Made by a program: the position numbers and the translations under genes
In this document: positions 1 to 10,225 of the stretch, piece by piece
Layout: each line of letters begins with the position of its first letter
Numbering within the stretch: position 1 is the stretch's first letter
DNA from: Acidobacteriota bacterium
Lineage (GTDB): Bacteria; Acidobacteriota; Aminicenantia; S016-38
Direction of reading: 5' to 3'
NCBI GenBank assembly: GCA_015486055.1
Contig: WFSJ01000034.1
Coordinates: 18,212-82,211 of the forward strand
Length of the DNA: 64,000 nt
The notes under the pieces: model-generated
Told to the model about the DNA's origin: nothing
Databases searched by the model: none
Seen by the model: only the letters and a program-made list of their open reading frames with translations

Positions 1-2561
1 TCTCTCTTAATAAGTTCTCTGACAGGTTCTATCTCATTTTCAGGAATTTCAAATATAAGCTCATCATGGACTTGCATTATTATTTTTGTTTTGTATTTCC
101 CTTTCTTTAATGCCCTCCACACATCTATCATCGCCTTTTTCATTATATCCGCCGCTGTTCCCTGAATCGGTGTATTCATTGCTATTCTTTCCCCTGCTGC
201 CTGAACATTCTTATTGGCAGATCTGAGCTCCGGGATTTTCCTCTTCCTACCGAAAAGGGTTTTGACATATCCCTTTTCTTTGGCATCATTGACTGTTTTT
301 TCTATAAATTCCCTTACTTTTGGATATTTCTCAAAATATCTCTTTATAAAGTCCGTTGCCTCGTGGACATCTACCCCGAGTTCCTTTGAAAGAGAGTAGG
401 CAGAGGTTCCATAAATTATGCTGAAATTTATTATCTTCGCCCTCCTTCTCTTTTCGTCCGGGGGAAGGTCCACTTCCCCAAAAACTTCTCTTGCAGTTGC
501 GCTGTGGATGTCTTCTCCCACTTTAAAAGCATTAATAAGGTTGTCATCTCCGCTCATATGAGCCATAACCCTTAGTTCAATCTGAGAATAATCTGCAGAA
601 AGAAGGAGATTGCCTTGCTCTGCAATAAAGGCTTCCCTTACCTTCTTTCCGAGCTCTCCCCTTATGGGTATGTTTTGCAGGTTTGGATCAGAAGAGGAAA
701 GCCTTCCTGTAGCTGTGACTGTCTGGTTATAAGAGGTGTGAATTCTCTTAGTTTCAGGATTTATCATCCTGGGAAGGGCATCAATATATGTTGATTTTAC
801 TTTGGAGAGCTGGCGGTATTTTAAGACAAGGGCAGGAACTTCGTGCCGAGCTGCAAGTTCAGTTAGAACCCCTACATCAGTGGAGTAACCCTTTGTCTTC
901 TTTGTCTTTTTTACCAATGGAAGGTTGAGCTTCTCGAAAAGAATTTCTCCGAGTTGCTTTGGGGAATTTATGTTGAACTTTATCCCTACCTTTTTGTAGA
1001 TCTCATCTTCAAGTCTCATAAGCTCCCCCCCAAGTTCTCCTGAAAGCTCCGTTAGCTTCTTCACATCAAGCTTTACACCTGTCATCTCCATGTTTGCAAG
1101 GACTTCAATAAGGGGAAGTTCAATATTACGGTATAGATTCTCAAGACCCTCTTCGCATATCTTAGGATAGAACACCTTCCCGAGCCTGAAAGCATAGTCC
1201 GCATCCCCACAGCTGTATTTAGCAGCAACCTCAAGTGGTAGGGAATCAAATGAAAGCTTTCCCTTTGAGGTTACATCATTATAGCTTTTTTTTGTTTTCC
1301 CGAATACATCGAGGACAAGACTTTCGAGGTTGTGTCTCCTCCTTTCAGGGGAAATAAGGTATGAAAGAATCATTGAATCTTTATCAAGCCCGTTAACCTC
1401 AATTCCCTCCCTTTTAAGAACAATAATGTCGTATTTCAGATTGTGTCCGTATTTCCTTACCTTCTTATTTGAGAGGACTTTTGATAACTCCTTTAAAGCC
1501 TCTTCTTTAGGAAGGCTAAATTCCCTGTGGGCAATAGGTATATAGAAAGCATGGCCTTCCTTAAAGGAAATTGAAATCCCAATGAGCTCCGCCCAAACTG
1601 GCCTCTGGTCAGTTGTTTCTGTATCAAAGGAAATTTCATCTTTCACATTGCTCAAAACTTTCCTCAGTTCATCCATACTCTTTATCAGCTTGTAGTCACT
1701 TTCCTCAACTTTTTCTTTTGTGTACTCCTTCAGCAAAGACGAGAACTCAAGCTCCCTTAAAAGGGGAATAAGGGAATCAATGTCAGGCTCCCTGATTTTG
1801 TAAGCATCTATATTTATCTTAATGGGAAGTGAACTCTCTATTTCAACGAGTTCCCTGCTGAGCTTGAGATCATCCATATGCTCCTGGATAGCTTCTCTAA
1901 CCTTTGGTTTTAATTTATCAAGATTTCCAAGGAGATTATCAAGGTTTCCAAATTCACCTATAAGTTCCTCCGCTGTCTTCTTTCCTATACCTTTCACTCC
2001 TGGAATATTGTCTACAGGGTCTCCCATCAGTGAGAGAACATCAACAACCTGCTCTGGCTCAGCCCCAAAATACTCTTTGCAATTTTCCCTTGTTATATAA
2101 CTTTCCTTTCCAGGGTTATAGATTTTTACCCCCTCATCGAGAATCTGGAGAAGGTCCTTGTCGGATGTTACTATTACAGCTTCGTATCCCATTTTCTTGA
2201 GTTTATTAGCTATGGAAGCCATAAGGTCATCTGCTTCGTAACGGGGATTCTCAATGTAGGGAAGTTTCATTGCATCAAGAAGCTTCTTTACATATGGGAT
2301 CTGGAGCTCAAGCTCACCCGGCATGGGCTTCCTCTGCGCTTTATATTTCTCAAACAGTTCATGCCTTAAGGTTTTTCCTTTAACATCAAAAGCTACTACA
2401 AGATATTCTGGTTTCTCCTCTTTTATTAGCTTCCTTATTATGTTGTGGAAACCATAAATTGCATTTGTTGGGATGCCCATAGAATTTGTGAACCTCGGAA
2501 GGGCATAGAAACTTCTATAAAGAACAGAGCTCCCATCTATTATGAAAACTCTCCCCTTCAT
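1..2561 (-). CDS. polA: DNA polymerase I (partial; C-terminus beyond window start)
   Basis: Reverse-strand translation from the ATG at 2561 gives MKGRVFIIDGSSVLYRSFYALP..., a 5'-3' exonuclease/FEN N-terminus. Downstream it contains the QIELRVMAHMS and IMQVHDELIFEIPE polymerase motifs A and C. The ORF is still open at position 1. Confidence 0.9.
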   Translation of the reverse strand, partial: MKGRVFIIDGSSVLYRSFYALPRFTNSMGIPTNAIYGFHNIIRKLIKEEKPEYLVVAFDVKGKTLRHELFEKYKAQRKPMPGELELQIPYVKKLLDAMKLPYIENPRYEADDLMASIANKLKKMGYEAVIVTSDKDLLQILDEGVKIYNPGKESYITRENCKEYFGAEPEQVVDVLSLMGDPVDNIPGVKGIGKKTAEELIGEFGNLDNLLGNLDKLKPKVREAIQEHMDDLKLSRELVEIESSLPIKINIDAYKIREPDIDSLIPLLRELEFSSLLKEYTKEKVEESDYKLIKSMDELRKVLSNVKDEISFDTETTDQRPVWAELIGISISFKEGHAFYIPIAHREFSLPKEEALKELSKVLSNKKVRKYGHNLKYDIIVLKREGIEVNGLDKDSMILSYLISPERRRHNLESLVLDVFGKTKKSYNDVTSKGKLSFDSLPLEVAAKYSCGDADYAFRLGKVFYPKICEEGLENLYRNIELPLIEVLANMEMTGVKLDVKKLTELSGELGGELMRLEDEIYKKVGIKFNINSPKQLGEILFEKLNLPLVKKTKKTKGYSTDVGVLTELAARHEVPALVLKYRQLSKVKSTYIDALPRMINPETKRIHTSYNQTVTATGRLSSSDPNLQNIPIRGELGKKVREAFIAEQGNLLLSADYSQIELRVMAHMSGDDNLINAFKVGEDIHSATAREVFGEVDLPPDEKRRRAKIINFSIIYGTSAYSLSKELGVDVHEATDFIKRYFEKYPKVREFIEKTVNDAKEKGYVKTLFGRKRKIPELRSANKNVQAAGERIAMNTPIQGTAADIMKKAMIDVWRALKKGKYKTKIIMQVHDELIFEIPENEIEPVRELIKR

Positions 2562-3175
2562 TAATCAACCTTAAACCATTTCTCGTCTCTACCCACTTCC
2601 TTTACTTCAACTGAAACTATTATTATGTATGGTTTCTCTAATTGAGGAGCAGGGATAGAAATAGAAACTCTCCCAGCTTCATCCGTGAGCTCTTTTGCCA
2701 GGAACATCCTTTTTCCATCAGGAAGCTTAAGATAAATCTCAACAAATTTTTCCTCAACAGGCTCAAGGGACGCAGATTTTACCGCAGCATCTATCTTTAA
2801 ATATATGTCCTTAATGGAAAATCTCTCTACATCCAGACTTATTCTCTTGAATTTCTCAATATTCTCAAGAAAAAGCTCCTCCAGTTCGTCTTCACCCTTT
2901 TCTTCTTCCTTTGTCCCAAGGAGTAGTTCATCAAAAACCCCTTTTCTAAGGTCCATTATCATCTCCTGGTGCTGCCTGATCATAAGTTTTTTTACCTTCT
3001 CCCCAACATGTTCATCATTGAGAATGTGATGATAGGGGGTTTTCCTTGTAGCAAGGATCATTCCCTTATGATATAAAAGGGTCTCAACTACTGGATTCTT
3101 AGGCCCTTTGTCCTCTGTTTGAACATGAAAACTCAGGCTTCTGTACCTTACATCTGAGTTATATCCTGTAATCAT
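2561..3175 (-). CDS. hypothetical protein (204 aa)
   Basis: ORF-track ORF with no recognisable motif. Its stop overlaps the polA ATG (TAATG), suggesting co-transcription with polA. Confidence 0.5.
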   Translation of the reverse strand: MITGYNSDVRYRSLSFHVQTEDKGPKNPVVETLLYHKGMILATRKTPYHHILNDEHVGEKVKKLMIRQHQEMIMDLRKGVFDELLLGTKEEEKGEDELEELFLENIEKFKRISLDVERFSIKDIYLKIDAAVKSASLEPVEEKFVEIYLKLPDGKRMFLAKELTDEAGRVSISIPAPQLEKPYIIIVSVEVKEVGRDEKWFKVD

Positions 3176-3204
3176 TAAGAGCTATTTTAATACAAGGAAA
3201 TGTT

Positions 3205-5211
3205 TTAATCAAGGAATTCAAGATTAACCATATCTTTAACGAAGGTTAAAACTCGCCCATCTTTTAGCTTAACTGTTATCCTATCCCCCACTATGTTTAT
3301 AATCTCTCCGTAGCCAAGAACAGGATGCTTTATCCTTCTTCTGAAGGAAGAGGAAAAGATTTCCTCTGGAAATTCTATTTCATTGACAATATCCTTTGGA
3401 ATCCCTTTAAGAAAAGGGGATGGAACATAAGTAGCTGAACTCAGTAGTAGAAATTTCTTTGCCCTTGTCATACCAACATAAAGGAGTCTCCTTTCCTCCT
3501 CTATGCCCTCAGCGTCATTAACCTTACTGTGGGGAATAAATCCTTCATCAACACTTATTATTATTACGGATTCAAACTCGAGACCTTTTGCTGCATGAAG
3601 GGTTGAAAGAACAACATCTCCTCCTTCCTGATCAAGGGATGTTGTAAGAGAGACTTTCTGGAGAAAATCCCCAAGGGAAATCCCGAGCTTCTCAGCTTCC
3701 TCCCCCATTTTTAGCAGTTCTTCTACATTTTCAGCCCTTGCTCCAGAAGGGTCCACACCCTCAAGATAATTCTTTAAATCGGTCTCTTCAACTATATATT
3801 CAAGGGCTGAACCTATTCCTCGCTTTTTTACTTTCTCCTCCGCATTCTCCAAAAGGGATAGGAAATCGTCAATGCCCTTCTTCCTTCTTCCCCCTACTTT
3901 CTCTGCAACTTTTGATGCAGCATCAAAAAGAGTAAAACCATCCCTTAAAAAGTTCAGTATCATTCCGTCAGTTGTTCTACCAACACCTCTGGGAATATGA
4001 TGAAGTGCCCTCAAAAATGAAACCTCATCTTCAGTATTGGCAATTATTCTGAGATAAGATATCAGGTCCTTAACCTCTTTTCTATCAAAAAAACCCTTGC
4101 TCCCGATTAGCTTGTAACCAATACCCTTGATGGTCAGAGCCTCTTCTATCAATCTTGACTGATAATTTGCCCTATAAAAGATAGCCACCGGAAGATATTC
4201 CCTCTTGGAAACCATCCTTTCTACTATCTCTCCTACAAATTCAGCTTCTTCCTCTCTTGTATAGCTCCTCCTGTAAAATATAGGTAATGAACCTTCCTTA
4301 ACATTTTTAAGCTCTTTCTCGTGTCTAAATCTATTCTGGGCAATCATAGAAGAGGCAGCCTTTATTATGGCAGGAAGCGAGCGGTAATTCAAAGCAAGGA
4401 TAATGACTTTTACTCCCCTGTAATCATTCTCAAACTTGAAAATGTTCTCCATTGTTGCCCCTCTCCAGGAATAGATAGACTGATCTTCATCTCCCACTAC
4501 ACAAATATTATCAATTCCCGATATAAGTCCAAGTATATCGTATTGGTTTGGACTCGTATCCTGAAATTCGTCAACGAGTATATATCCATAAAGGTTACTT
4601 AAAGATTTTGCGACATCTGGTTCTTCCTCAAGGAGGATAAGGGTTTTTGCTATAAGGTCATCAAAATCGGCCGAATCAGTTTCCTCAAGTCTTTTCTGAT
4701 ATTCATCATAGATGTCCATCTCCTCTACCTTTATTCCAATCTTTTGAAGTTCCATCTCATCCGAGGGATAAATAAGCTTCGATTTCGCCCTTGCTATCTT
4801 CTCCATAAGAGCGGGGGCCTTCTCTGCCTTCAAGCCTAAATCCTTTGCTATTCTCTTTATCAGAGCTATGGAATCCTGTCTATCAAATATCGTCTTCAGT
4901 CCGGCATATTTCCTCAAAAGTCTGGCACCAAAAGCATGAAAGGTCATAAGGTCAACCTCTCTGGTCTGTCCCACAAGAGAAATTACCCTTTCTTTCATTT
5001 CACCTGCTGCCTTATTTGTAAAAGTAACAGCAAGGATTTTTCTGAATGGTATGGGTCTTTTCCATAGGATATAGGCAATCTTATGGGCAATTACCCTGGT
5101 TTTCCCGGCACCTGGCCCTGCAAGAACAAGGAGAGGGTTTCCAAAAGAGATTACTGCTTCAAGTTGTGCTTCGTTTAAGGGGCCTAAGATTTTTTCAGCT
5201 TTTCCTTCCAA
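3205..5211 (-). CDS. UvrD/PcrA/Rep-family ATP-dependent DNA helicase
   Basis: 668 aa. It has Walker A AGPGAGKT near the N-terminus, a DEFQDTS motif II, and the helicase C-terminal block (LSTLHAAKGLEF...). The architecture is typical of superfamily-1 UvrD-like helicases. Confidence 0.85.
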   Translation of the reverse strand: MEGKAEKILGPLNEAQLEAVISFGNPLLVLAGPGAGKTRVIAHKIAYILWKRPIPFRKILAVTFTNKAAGEMKERVISLVGQTREVDLMTFHAFGARLLRKYAGLKTIFDRQDSIALIKRIAKDLGLKAEKAPALMEKIARAKSKLIYPSDEMELQKIGIKVEEMDIYDEYQKRLEETDSADFDDLIAKTLILLEEEPDVAKSLSNLYGYILVDEFQDTSPNQYDILGLISGIDNICVVGDEDQSIYSWRGATMENIFKFENDYRGVKVIILALNYRSLPAIIKAASSMIAQNRFRHEKELKNVKEGSLPIFYRRSYTREEEAEFVGEIVERMVSKREYLPVAIFYRANYQSRLIEEALTIKGIGYKLIGSKGFFDRKEVKDLISYLRIIANTEDEVSFLRALHHIPRGVGRTTDGMILNFLRDGFTLFDAASKVAEKVGGRRKKGIDDFLSLLENAEEKVKKRGIGSALEYIVEETDLKNYLEGVDPSGARAENVEELLKMGEEAEKLGISLGDFLQKVSLTTSLDQEGGDVVLSTLHAAKGLEFESVIIISVDEGFIPHSKVNDAEGIEEERRLLYVGMTRAKKFLLLSSATYVPSPFLKGIPKDIVNEIEFPEEIFSSSFRRRIKHPVLGYGEIINIVGDRITVKLKDGRVLTFVKDMVNLEFLD

Positions 5212-6260
5212 AATTTCCTCTTTTTAAGAACCCATTTTTCTTTTATAACTTGGCGGGCCCTCGCTATGGCAAGGGAGAAACTCGGAACTCTTTCTGTTAC
5301 AGTTGAGCCAGCCCCTATATAGACATCATCTTCTACCTCGACAGGGGCAACGAGTTCAACTCCCGAACCGACGAATACTCTTTTGCCAATTTTTGTCTTA
5401 TTCTTTTGAAATCCATCGTAATTACAGGTTATTGTTCCAGCCCCAATATTAGATCTTTCCCCAATTTCTGCATCTCCTATATATGTAAGGTGAAGTGCCT
5501 TCACTCCCTTCTCGATCGTACTTTTCTTAACTTCAACGAAGTTTCCTATCCTTGCTTCTTCTCCTATCTCTGTTTCCTTTCTTAATCTTGAAAATGGGCC
5601 AACGGAAGCATTTTTCCTTATTATTATCGGTTTTTCAGGCTTTTCCATATTTTCCGGGACATTCTCTATATAGGTATAGCTTTTAACCATTGCTCCTTTC
5701 TCTATTTTTACCCATCCCTTTATGGTAACGTTCGGTTCTATAACGGCACCTTCCTCTACTCCAACATCCTCATCTATCCAGGTAGAATAAGGATCAAGAA
5801 TCAGGCCTCCTTCTGATATTATTTCCTCTATTTTCCTGAACCTCAAAATTTCAAGGGCCTCTATAAAACTGAAGTTGTTCTCCACCCTCACACCTTCTAC
5901 TTCTATTTTCCTGCGTATCTCCGAAACCTTCTCCCCTTTCTTTAATATACCCCCAGCTGTTTTCCCCTTCAGTGTAAACAGACAGCTTCCGCTCTCTCTT
6001 GCTTCAATCACATCCTCTGAAAAAATCCCAACAACAGAAGGATAGGAAAAGAATATTTCTTCTCCATCCTCAATTTCCTTGAAGAGCTCCTCGGCAGAAA
6101 ATATGTCCTTTCTCTCTGCAAAGCTTAAATCAATTCCGCTTATGTAAACCTCGGAGAAAACCTTTTTTGCTTCCTTAACAGGGAAATAAGCAAGGGGCCT
6201 TCCAAGAACTTGTTTCAAAATAAAAGGATTCTCCTCCTTAAGGAAAACTGCTACTCCCAT
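5184..6260 (-). CDS. GlmU-like left-handed beta-helix acetyltransferase with shortened or degenerate nucleotidyltransferase domain
   Basis: The C-terminal 200 aa align nearly motif-for-motif with the GlmU acetyltransferase domain (HLTYIGDAEIG...NIGAGTITCNYDG..KTKIG..VFVGSG.ELVAPVEV). An EVEGV linker is present. The N-terminal domain is about 150 aa and lacks the GxGTRM UTP-binding signature. Confidence 0.7.
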   Translation of the reverse strand: MGVAVFLKEENPFILKQVLGRPLAYFPVKEAKKVFSEVYISGIDLSFAERKDIFSAEELFKEIEDGEEIFFSYPSVVGIFSEDVIEARESGSCLFTLKGKTAGGILKKGEKVSEIRRKIEVEGVRVENNFSFIEALEILRFRKIEEIISEGGLILDPYSTWIDEDVGVEEGAVIEPNVTIKGWVKIEKGAMVKSYTYIENVPENMEKPEKPIIIRKNASVGPFSRLRKETEIGEEARIGNFVEVKKSTIEKGVKALHLTYIGDAEIGERSNIGAGTITCNYDGFQKNKTKIGKRVFVGSGVELVAPVEVEDDVYIGAGSTVTERVPSFSLAIARARQVIKEKWVLKKRKFWKEKLKKS

Positions 6261-6269
6261 GGTTTGTTC

Positions 6270-6743
6270 CTATTGAATATCTTCAAGAAGTCCGCTGTCC
6301 CAGAGAGGGAAGAGATCGGGTTCCTTCTTTGCCAGAAAATAATACCTCTTCTCCTTTGAAATTGCTTCTTTTAGGCTTTGAACAGCTTCTTCTTTTCTAT
6401 CAAGCATGGTGAAAGCCAGGGCCTTTAGATAATCTATAGAGGCATCTTTAACTTTAAGAGACTTTGCTATCTCAAGAGCCCTGTCTGGCTCCTTTTCATT
6501 TATAGACCTTACAATTTCATAGATCCTTTCCCTGTTGGTCTCAAACTTCTTTTCTTTAATATCCATCTTTTCCATTATTTCTAAATAAGTATCAGCCTTG
6601 CCTTTAAACTCGGGAATGGGAGCAGATCTGAGTTTCTGAAAGATTGGCTTTGCCTGTACAAATTTCTTTTGATTAAACAAGCTAAGAGCTTTCTCCAATA
6701 ATTTCGAAGTTTCTTCATAAACCTTCTCTGTCTCTGTTTTCAT
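6270..6743 (-). CDS. hypothetical helical (TPR-like) protein
   Basis: 157-aa ORF, predicted alpha-helical and K/E-rich, with no catalytic motif. It lies between the glmU-like gene and lpxC. Confidence 0.45.
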   Translation of the reverse strand: MKTETEKVYEETSKLLEKALSLFNQKKFVQAKPIFQKLRSAPIPEFKGKADTYLEIMEKMDIKEKKFETNRERIYEIVRSINEKEPDRALEIAKSLKVKDASIDYLKALAFTMLDRKEEAVQSLKEAISKEKRYYFLAKKEPDLFPLWDSGLLEDIQ

Positions 6744-6776
6744 TTTTTTACCTCCTGAGGAGTAATTATACTACAG

Positions 6777-7604
6777 TTACAGGAGCTTTCCCCTGGTAAG
6801 AATCTCCTTCGCAAGAGCTATGTGAAGCCTATGGCCTGCTTTGTAAGCCTCTATTTTTACAAAGGGCTTATATCTTAGAAAGGATAAATCTCCAATCAGA
6901 TCGAGAGTCTTGTGTCTTACAAATTCATCCTTGAATCTGAGTTTCGTTCCATTATAAAGGCCTTCATTGGTAAGCACTATAACCCCTGAAGGAGAACGCT
7001 TCATCGCAAGACCATTCTTTCTCAGCCTTTCTACATCTCTTATATGAACAAAGGTCCTGGCTGAGGAAAGTTCCTTTATAAATCCTTCCTCTGTAAACGG
7101 AAAATAGAGGGTTTGTTTCCCTATCAAAGGATGATTGAATATGATTGTATACTCTATCTCGAAATTGTCACTTGGTATCGCTCTTATATACCTGTCATCC
7201 TCCCTGATCTCTATCGGAGACTCTATTACCCAATGCCTATCTTCATCCTCAAATCTCTCAAGAGTAGAGGAAAGAATATTCACAAATTCCTTTGAGCTTC
7301 CATCAAGAAGAGGTATCTCAGAGCCTTCTTCTACTACGATTCTTGCCCCTCTAAGAGAAAGACCGTAAAATGCTGCAAGAAGGTGCTCTATGGTGGATAC
7401 CGAAAAACCATTATGGGCAAAATTCGTTGCCCACTTTGTTTCCACCTTGGTTATATCAAGGGGAAATGCCTTACCGTCTTTCTCAAAAATTATCCAATCA
7501 GTATAGTCGTAAACCCTTATCTTGGCCCATTTCCCTGTATGTGCTCCTTCACCTTCAAACTCTGCATTCTTTACTATTTTATTCATAGGCTTATTAAGTA
7601 GCAA
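6777..7604 (-). CDS. lpxC: UDP-3-O-acyl-N-acetylglucosamine deacetylase
   Basis: It carries LpxC family motifs (GEGAHTG near the N-terminus and HKTLDLIGDL near the C-terminus). Length is about 275 aa. The true start may be the internal MNKIV. Confidence 0.85.
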   Translation of the reverse strand: MLLNKPMNKIVKNAEFEGEGAHTGKWAKIRVYDYTDWIIFEKDGKAFPLDITKVETKWATNFAHNGFSVSTIEHLLAAFYGLSLRGARIVVEEGSEIPLLDGSSKEFVNILSSTLERFEDEDRHWVIESPIEIREDDRYIRAIPSDNFEIEYTIIFNHPLIGKQTLYFPFTEEGFIKELSSARTFVHIRDVERLRKNGLAMKRSPSGVIVLTNEGLYNGTKLRFKDEFVRHKTLDLIGDLSFLRYKPFVKIEAYKAGHRLHIALAKEILTRGKLL

Positions 7605-7694
7605 TTATTATACCAAAAAAATCTCAAGTTATAAAGCGAATCTGCTGTTTTCACCAGTGGATTATTCTAAACAATATGTTGTATAATTGCAACA

Positions 7695-8459
7695 GTGAAG
7701 GAAAAATTGTTCAAAATCTTGAATTCAGTCAGCCATGGGGAACTCTCACCGGAAGAAGCATTAAAGAAATTGAAGTCTCTTCCTTTTAAGCAAGTGGAAG
7801 GAGCAAAAGTAGATACTCACCGAAGGATAAGGAAAGGAATCCCAGAGATAATTTATGGAGAGGGAAAAAGGACCGACTCCATTATTGAGATAGCAAGGGC
7901 CTTACTTGAAGAAGACGAGGATGTTATAATAACAAGGCTTTCGCCTGACAAATTCAGGGAAATTAACAAATCTATAAGCCTAAATTACTTTGGAAAAGGG
8001 AGGATAGCTTCAAATCTTTTTCCTCATGGGGAAAAGGGGCTTGTTCCTGTGGTAACTGCTGGCACCTCAGATGAATCAGTGGCAGAAGAGGCAGCAATTA
8101 CCCTTGAGATACTTGGAATAAAGGTTGAAAGGATCTATGATGTCGGTGCTGCAGGTATCCATAGACTTCTTCCATACATAGAGGAGCTCTCGGAATGCTC
8201 CGTTGTAATAACGGTGGCTGGAATGGAAGGAGCTTTACCTACCATAGTTTCGTCTTTGATACCGACACCTGTAATAGGTGTTCCGACGAGCGTCGGATAC
8301 GGAACGAACTTTTCAGGTGTAGCACCCCTTATTACAATGCTAAACTCTTGCTCAAATGGGATAGCTGTCGTAAATATAGACAACGGAATATCCGCAGCGA
8401 TATTCGCTTTCCTTATTCAGGAGAAAATCAATGAAAAGAGAAAAATACGAGGAATTTGA
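7695..8459 (+). CDS. larB: LarB-like nickel-pincer cofactor biosynthesis protein (PurE/AIR-carboxylase-like)
   Basis: 254 aa. The N-terminal [11 protein letters not shown]...[20 protein letters not shown] segment and the PurE-like core (VVTAGTSD ... VAGMEGALP) match the LarB family. Confidence 0.7.
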   Translation: MKEKLFKILNSVSHGELSPEEALKKLKSLPFKQVEGAKVDTHRRIRKGIPEIIYGEGKRTDSIIEIARALLEEDEDVIITRLSPDKFREINKSISLNYFGKGRIASNLFPHGEKGLVPVVTAGTSDESVAEEAAITLEILGIKVERIYDVGAAGIHRLLPYIEELSECSVVITVAGMEGALPTIVSSLIPTPVIGVPTSVGYGTNFSGVAPLITMLNSCSNGIAVVNIDNGISAAIFAFLIQEKINEKRKIRGI

Positions 8460-9477
8460 GATAAAATATCTTCATCCAAAGGCACAAAAGAGCAGATTTT
8501 CCAAGGGAAGAGAAAAATTAGAGGAGTTATGCTCCATAAGAACGGATTTTCAGAGGGACAGGGATAGGATAATCCATTGTAAGGCTTTTAGAAGGCTGAT
8601 GCATAAAACCCAGGTATTTCTTGCTCCTGCCGGAGACCACTATAGAACAAGACTTACCCATACCCTTGAGGTCTCTCAGATTTCAAGAACAATATCAAGG
8701 GCTTTAAGGCTTAATGAAGACCTAACTGAGGCAATAGCTCTTGGCCATGACATTGGTCACACCCCATTTGGACATGCAGGAGAGGAGGCTCTCAATTCTG
8801 CCCTCAGGGAGGTGGGTTTCGAGGAGGGATTCGCCCATGAGGCCCAGTCCCTCAGAATAGTTGAAAAATTGGAAAGAGATGGGGCAGGGCTTAATTTAAC
8901 CTGGGAAGTAAGGGAAGGAATTCTCAAGCATTCCAAAGGGCTGAATGGAGACATAATTTCCCCTGAAGGACCTTTAACTCTTGAAGGTCAGACTGTAAGA
9001 ATCTCCGATGTCATAGCCTATGTAAATCACGATATAGACGATGCAATAAGGGCAGGTATAATAAAGGACATACCGAAAAAATTCCACGAAAATATAGGGA
9101 GAACCCATGCGAAGAGGATAGACAGACTCGTTCGGGATGTCATAGATGCCACAGAGGAAAATGATTATTCAATGGTCCTAATGCATCAGGAGCTTTATTC
9201 TCATCTATTAAAACTCAGGGAATTTCTCAAAAATGAAGTATATTTCAATCCAAAAAAGGCGAGAGAATTCCACAAGGCAAAAAGGGTGGTAAGAGACCTT
9301 TTTCTCTTCTTCCTTGAGGATTGCCAAGGTAGAGGGAAATACTGCAAAAAATTCATAAGGGAAGGAAATGACCCATTGGAAAGGAGAATTGCAGATTTTA
9401 TATCTGGAGCCACTGATAGGTTTGCTCTCTATCTTTATGATGAGATTTTCATTCCAAAGCCTTGGGAAAAATTCTAA
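8431..9477 (+). CDS. dGTPase-like HD-domain deoxynucleoside triphosphate triphosphohydrolase
   Basis: It has an HD motif ([12 protein letters not shown]...[11 protein letters not shown]) and the DRDRIIH N-terminal signature of Dgt-like proteins. It overlaps larB by 29 nt. Confidence 0.85.
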   Translation: MKREKYEEFEIKYLHPKAQKSRFSKGREKLEELCSIRTDFQRDRDRIIHCKAFRRLMHKTQVFLAPAGDHYRTRLTHTLEVSQISRTISRALRLNEDLTEAIALGHDIGHTPFGHAGEEALNSALREVGFEEGFAHEAQSLRIVEKLERDGAGLNLTWEVREGILKHSKGLNGDIISPEGPLTLEGQTVRISDVIAYVNHDIDDAIRAGIIKDIPKKFHENIGRTHAKRIDRLVRDVIDATEENDYSMVLMHQELYSHLLKLREFLKNEVYFNPKKAREFHKAKRVVRDLFLFFLEDCQGRGKYCKKFIREGNDPLERRIADFISGATDRFALYLYDEIFIPKPWEKF

Positions 9478-9506
9478 ATTCTGATAGAATAACAGCGGAG
9501 GTAAAC

Positions 9507-10025
9507 ATGAAAAAAGTTCTCCTTTTTTTATTAACTCTTCCATTAGTGGCTTCGGTAAACTTTACTTTATCCGGCGGGATGTTTTCTCCCAGGGCATCTT
9601 ATTTTAAGGAGGTCTATGGAAGCTCCATTTTTAACCCTGAAGCAGAAGGAGAGGTAAGCTTTGGGCCATTCGGAGCATTTCTCGGTGTTGACTACATAAG
9701 AAAGCAGGGAAAGCTTACTTACTCAAAGGAAAAAGTAAATTTGTCAATTATTCCCATAAGCCTTGGCATGAGGTTCTATTTTATGAAAATGTTTTTTGCT
9801 GATGCTGGAATTGGGACCTGGTCCTACAGTGAGAAAACAAATTTTATAAGTGCCTCAGGTTCATCCATGGGATTTTTCGCTGGCTTAGGGATGAAATACG
9901 AATTTGGTGGTTCAACATATTTCAGACTCAGAACTAAATACTCAATATCAAAGAAAAAACAAAACAAAATTGAGAGTGACCTTAGCGGTTTTCAAGGGGA
10001 AGTCGGCGTAGGATTTTCTTTCTGA
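9507..10025 (+). CDS. outer-membrane beta-barrel protein (OmpW/OmpA-like), signal peptide
   Basis: MKKVLLFLLTLPLVASVNF is a signal peptide. The body shows an alternating hydrophobic beta-strand pattern and ends in a C-terminal Phe (GVGFSF), typical of OMPs. The start was chosen at the ATG preceded by a GGAGG RBS. Confidence 0.55.
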   Translation: MKKVLLFLLTLPLVASVNFTLSGGMFSPRASYFKEVYGSSIFNPEAEGEVSFGPFGAFLGVDYIRKQGKLTYSKEKVNLSIIPISLGMRFYFMKMFFADAGIGTWSYSEKTNFISASGSSMGFFAGLGMKYEFGGSTYFRLRTKYSISKKKQNKIESDLSGFQGEVGVGFSF

Positions 10026-10225
10026 GGCTCTCCTTCCTTAGCCTCCTTTGAGGAAATTATCTTTTTTAGGCCAATGTAAATAAATATCAAGGGCCAGAAC
10101 TTAAATATAAGTTCCCAGACAGGTTTCATATCAACTCCGAGATTTTCTATAAGAAGAAGAATTCCTATTGCTGTTAAAACAATCCCAAGAAGCATCTTAC
10201 CAAGGTCAGGCTTTGTGCTTTTCAT
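9992..10225 (-). CDS. small membrane protein with LiaF-TM-like (DUF5668-type) segment
   Basis: 77 aa with two TM helices. The LLLIENLG...WPLIFIYIGL pattern resembles the LiaI/LiaF TM region. Confidence 0.45.
   Translation of the reverse strand: MKSTKPDLGKMLLGIVLTAIGILLLIENLGVDMKPVWELIFKFWPLIFIYIGLKKIISSKEAKEGEPQKENPTPTSP

Noticed and set aside
2805-3029. Numerous 60-110-aa ORFs antisense to or nested within large genes, for example 2805..3029, 4321..4602, 7113..7601, 8135..8434, 34451..35493 and 37165..37776.
   Set aside because: They are low-complexity, Ser/Leu/Phe-rich translations typical of reverse-strand noise in AT-rich coding DNA. They have no RBS context and overlap well-supported genes.
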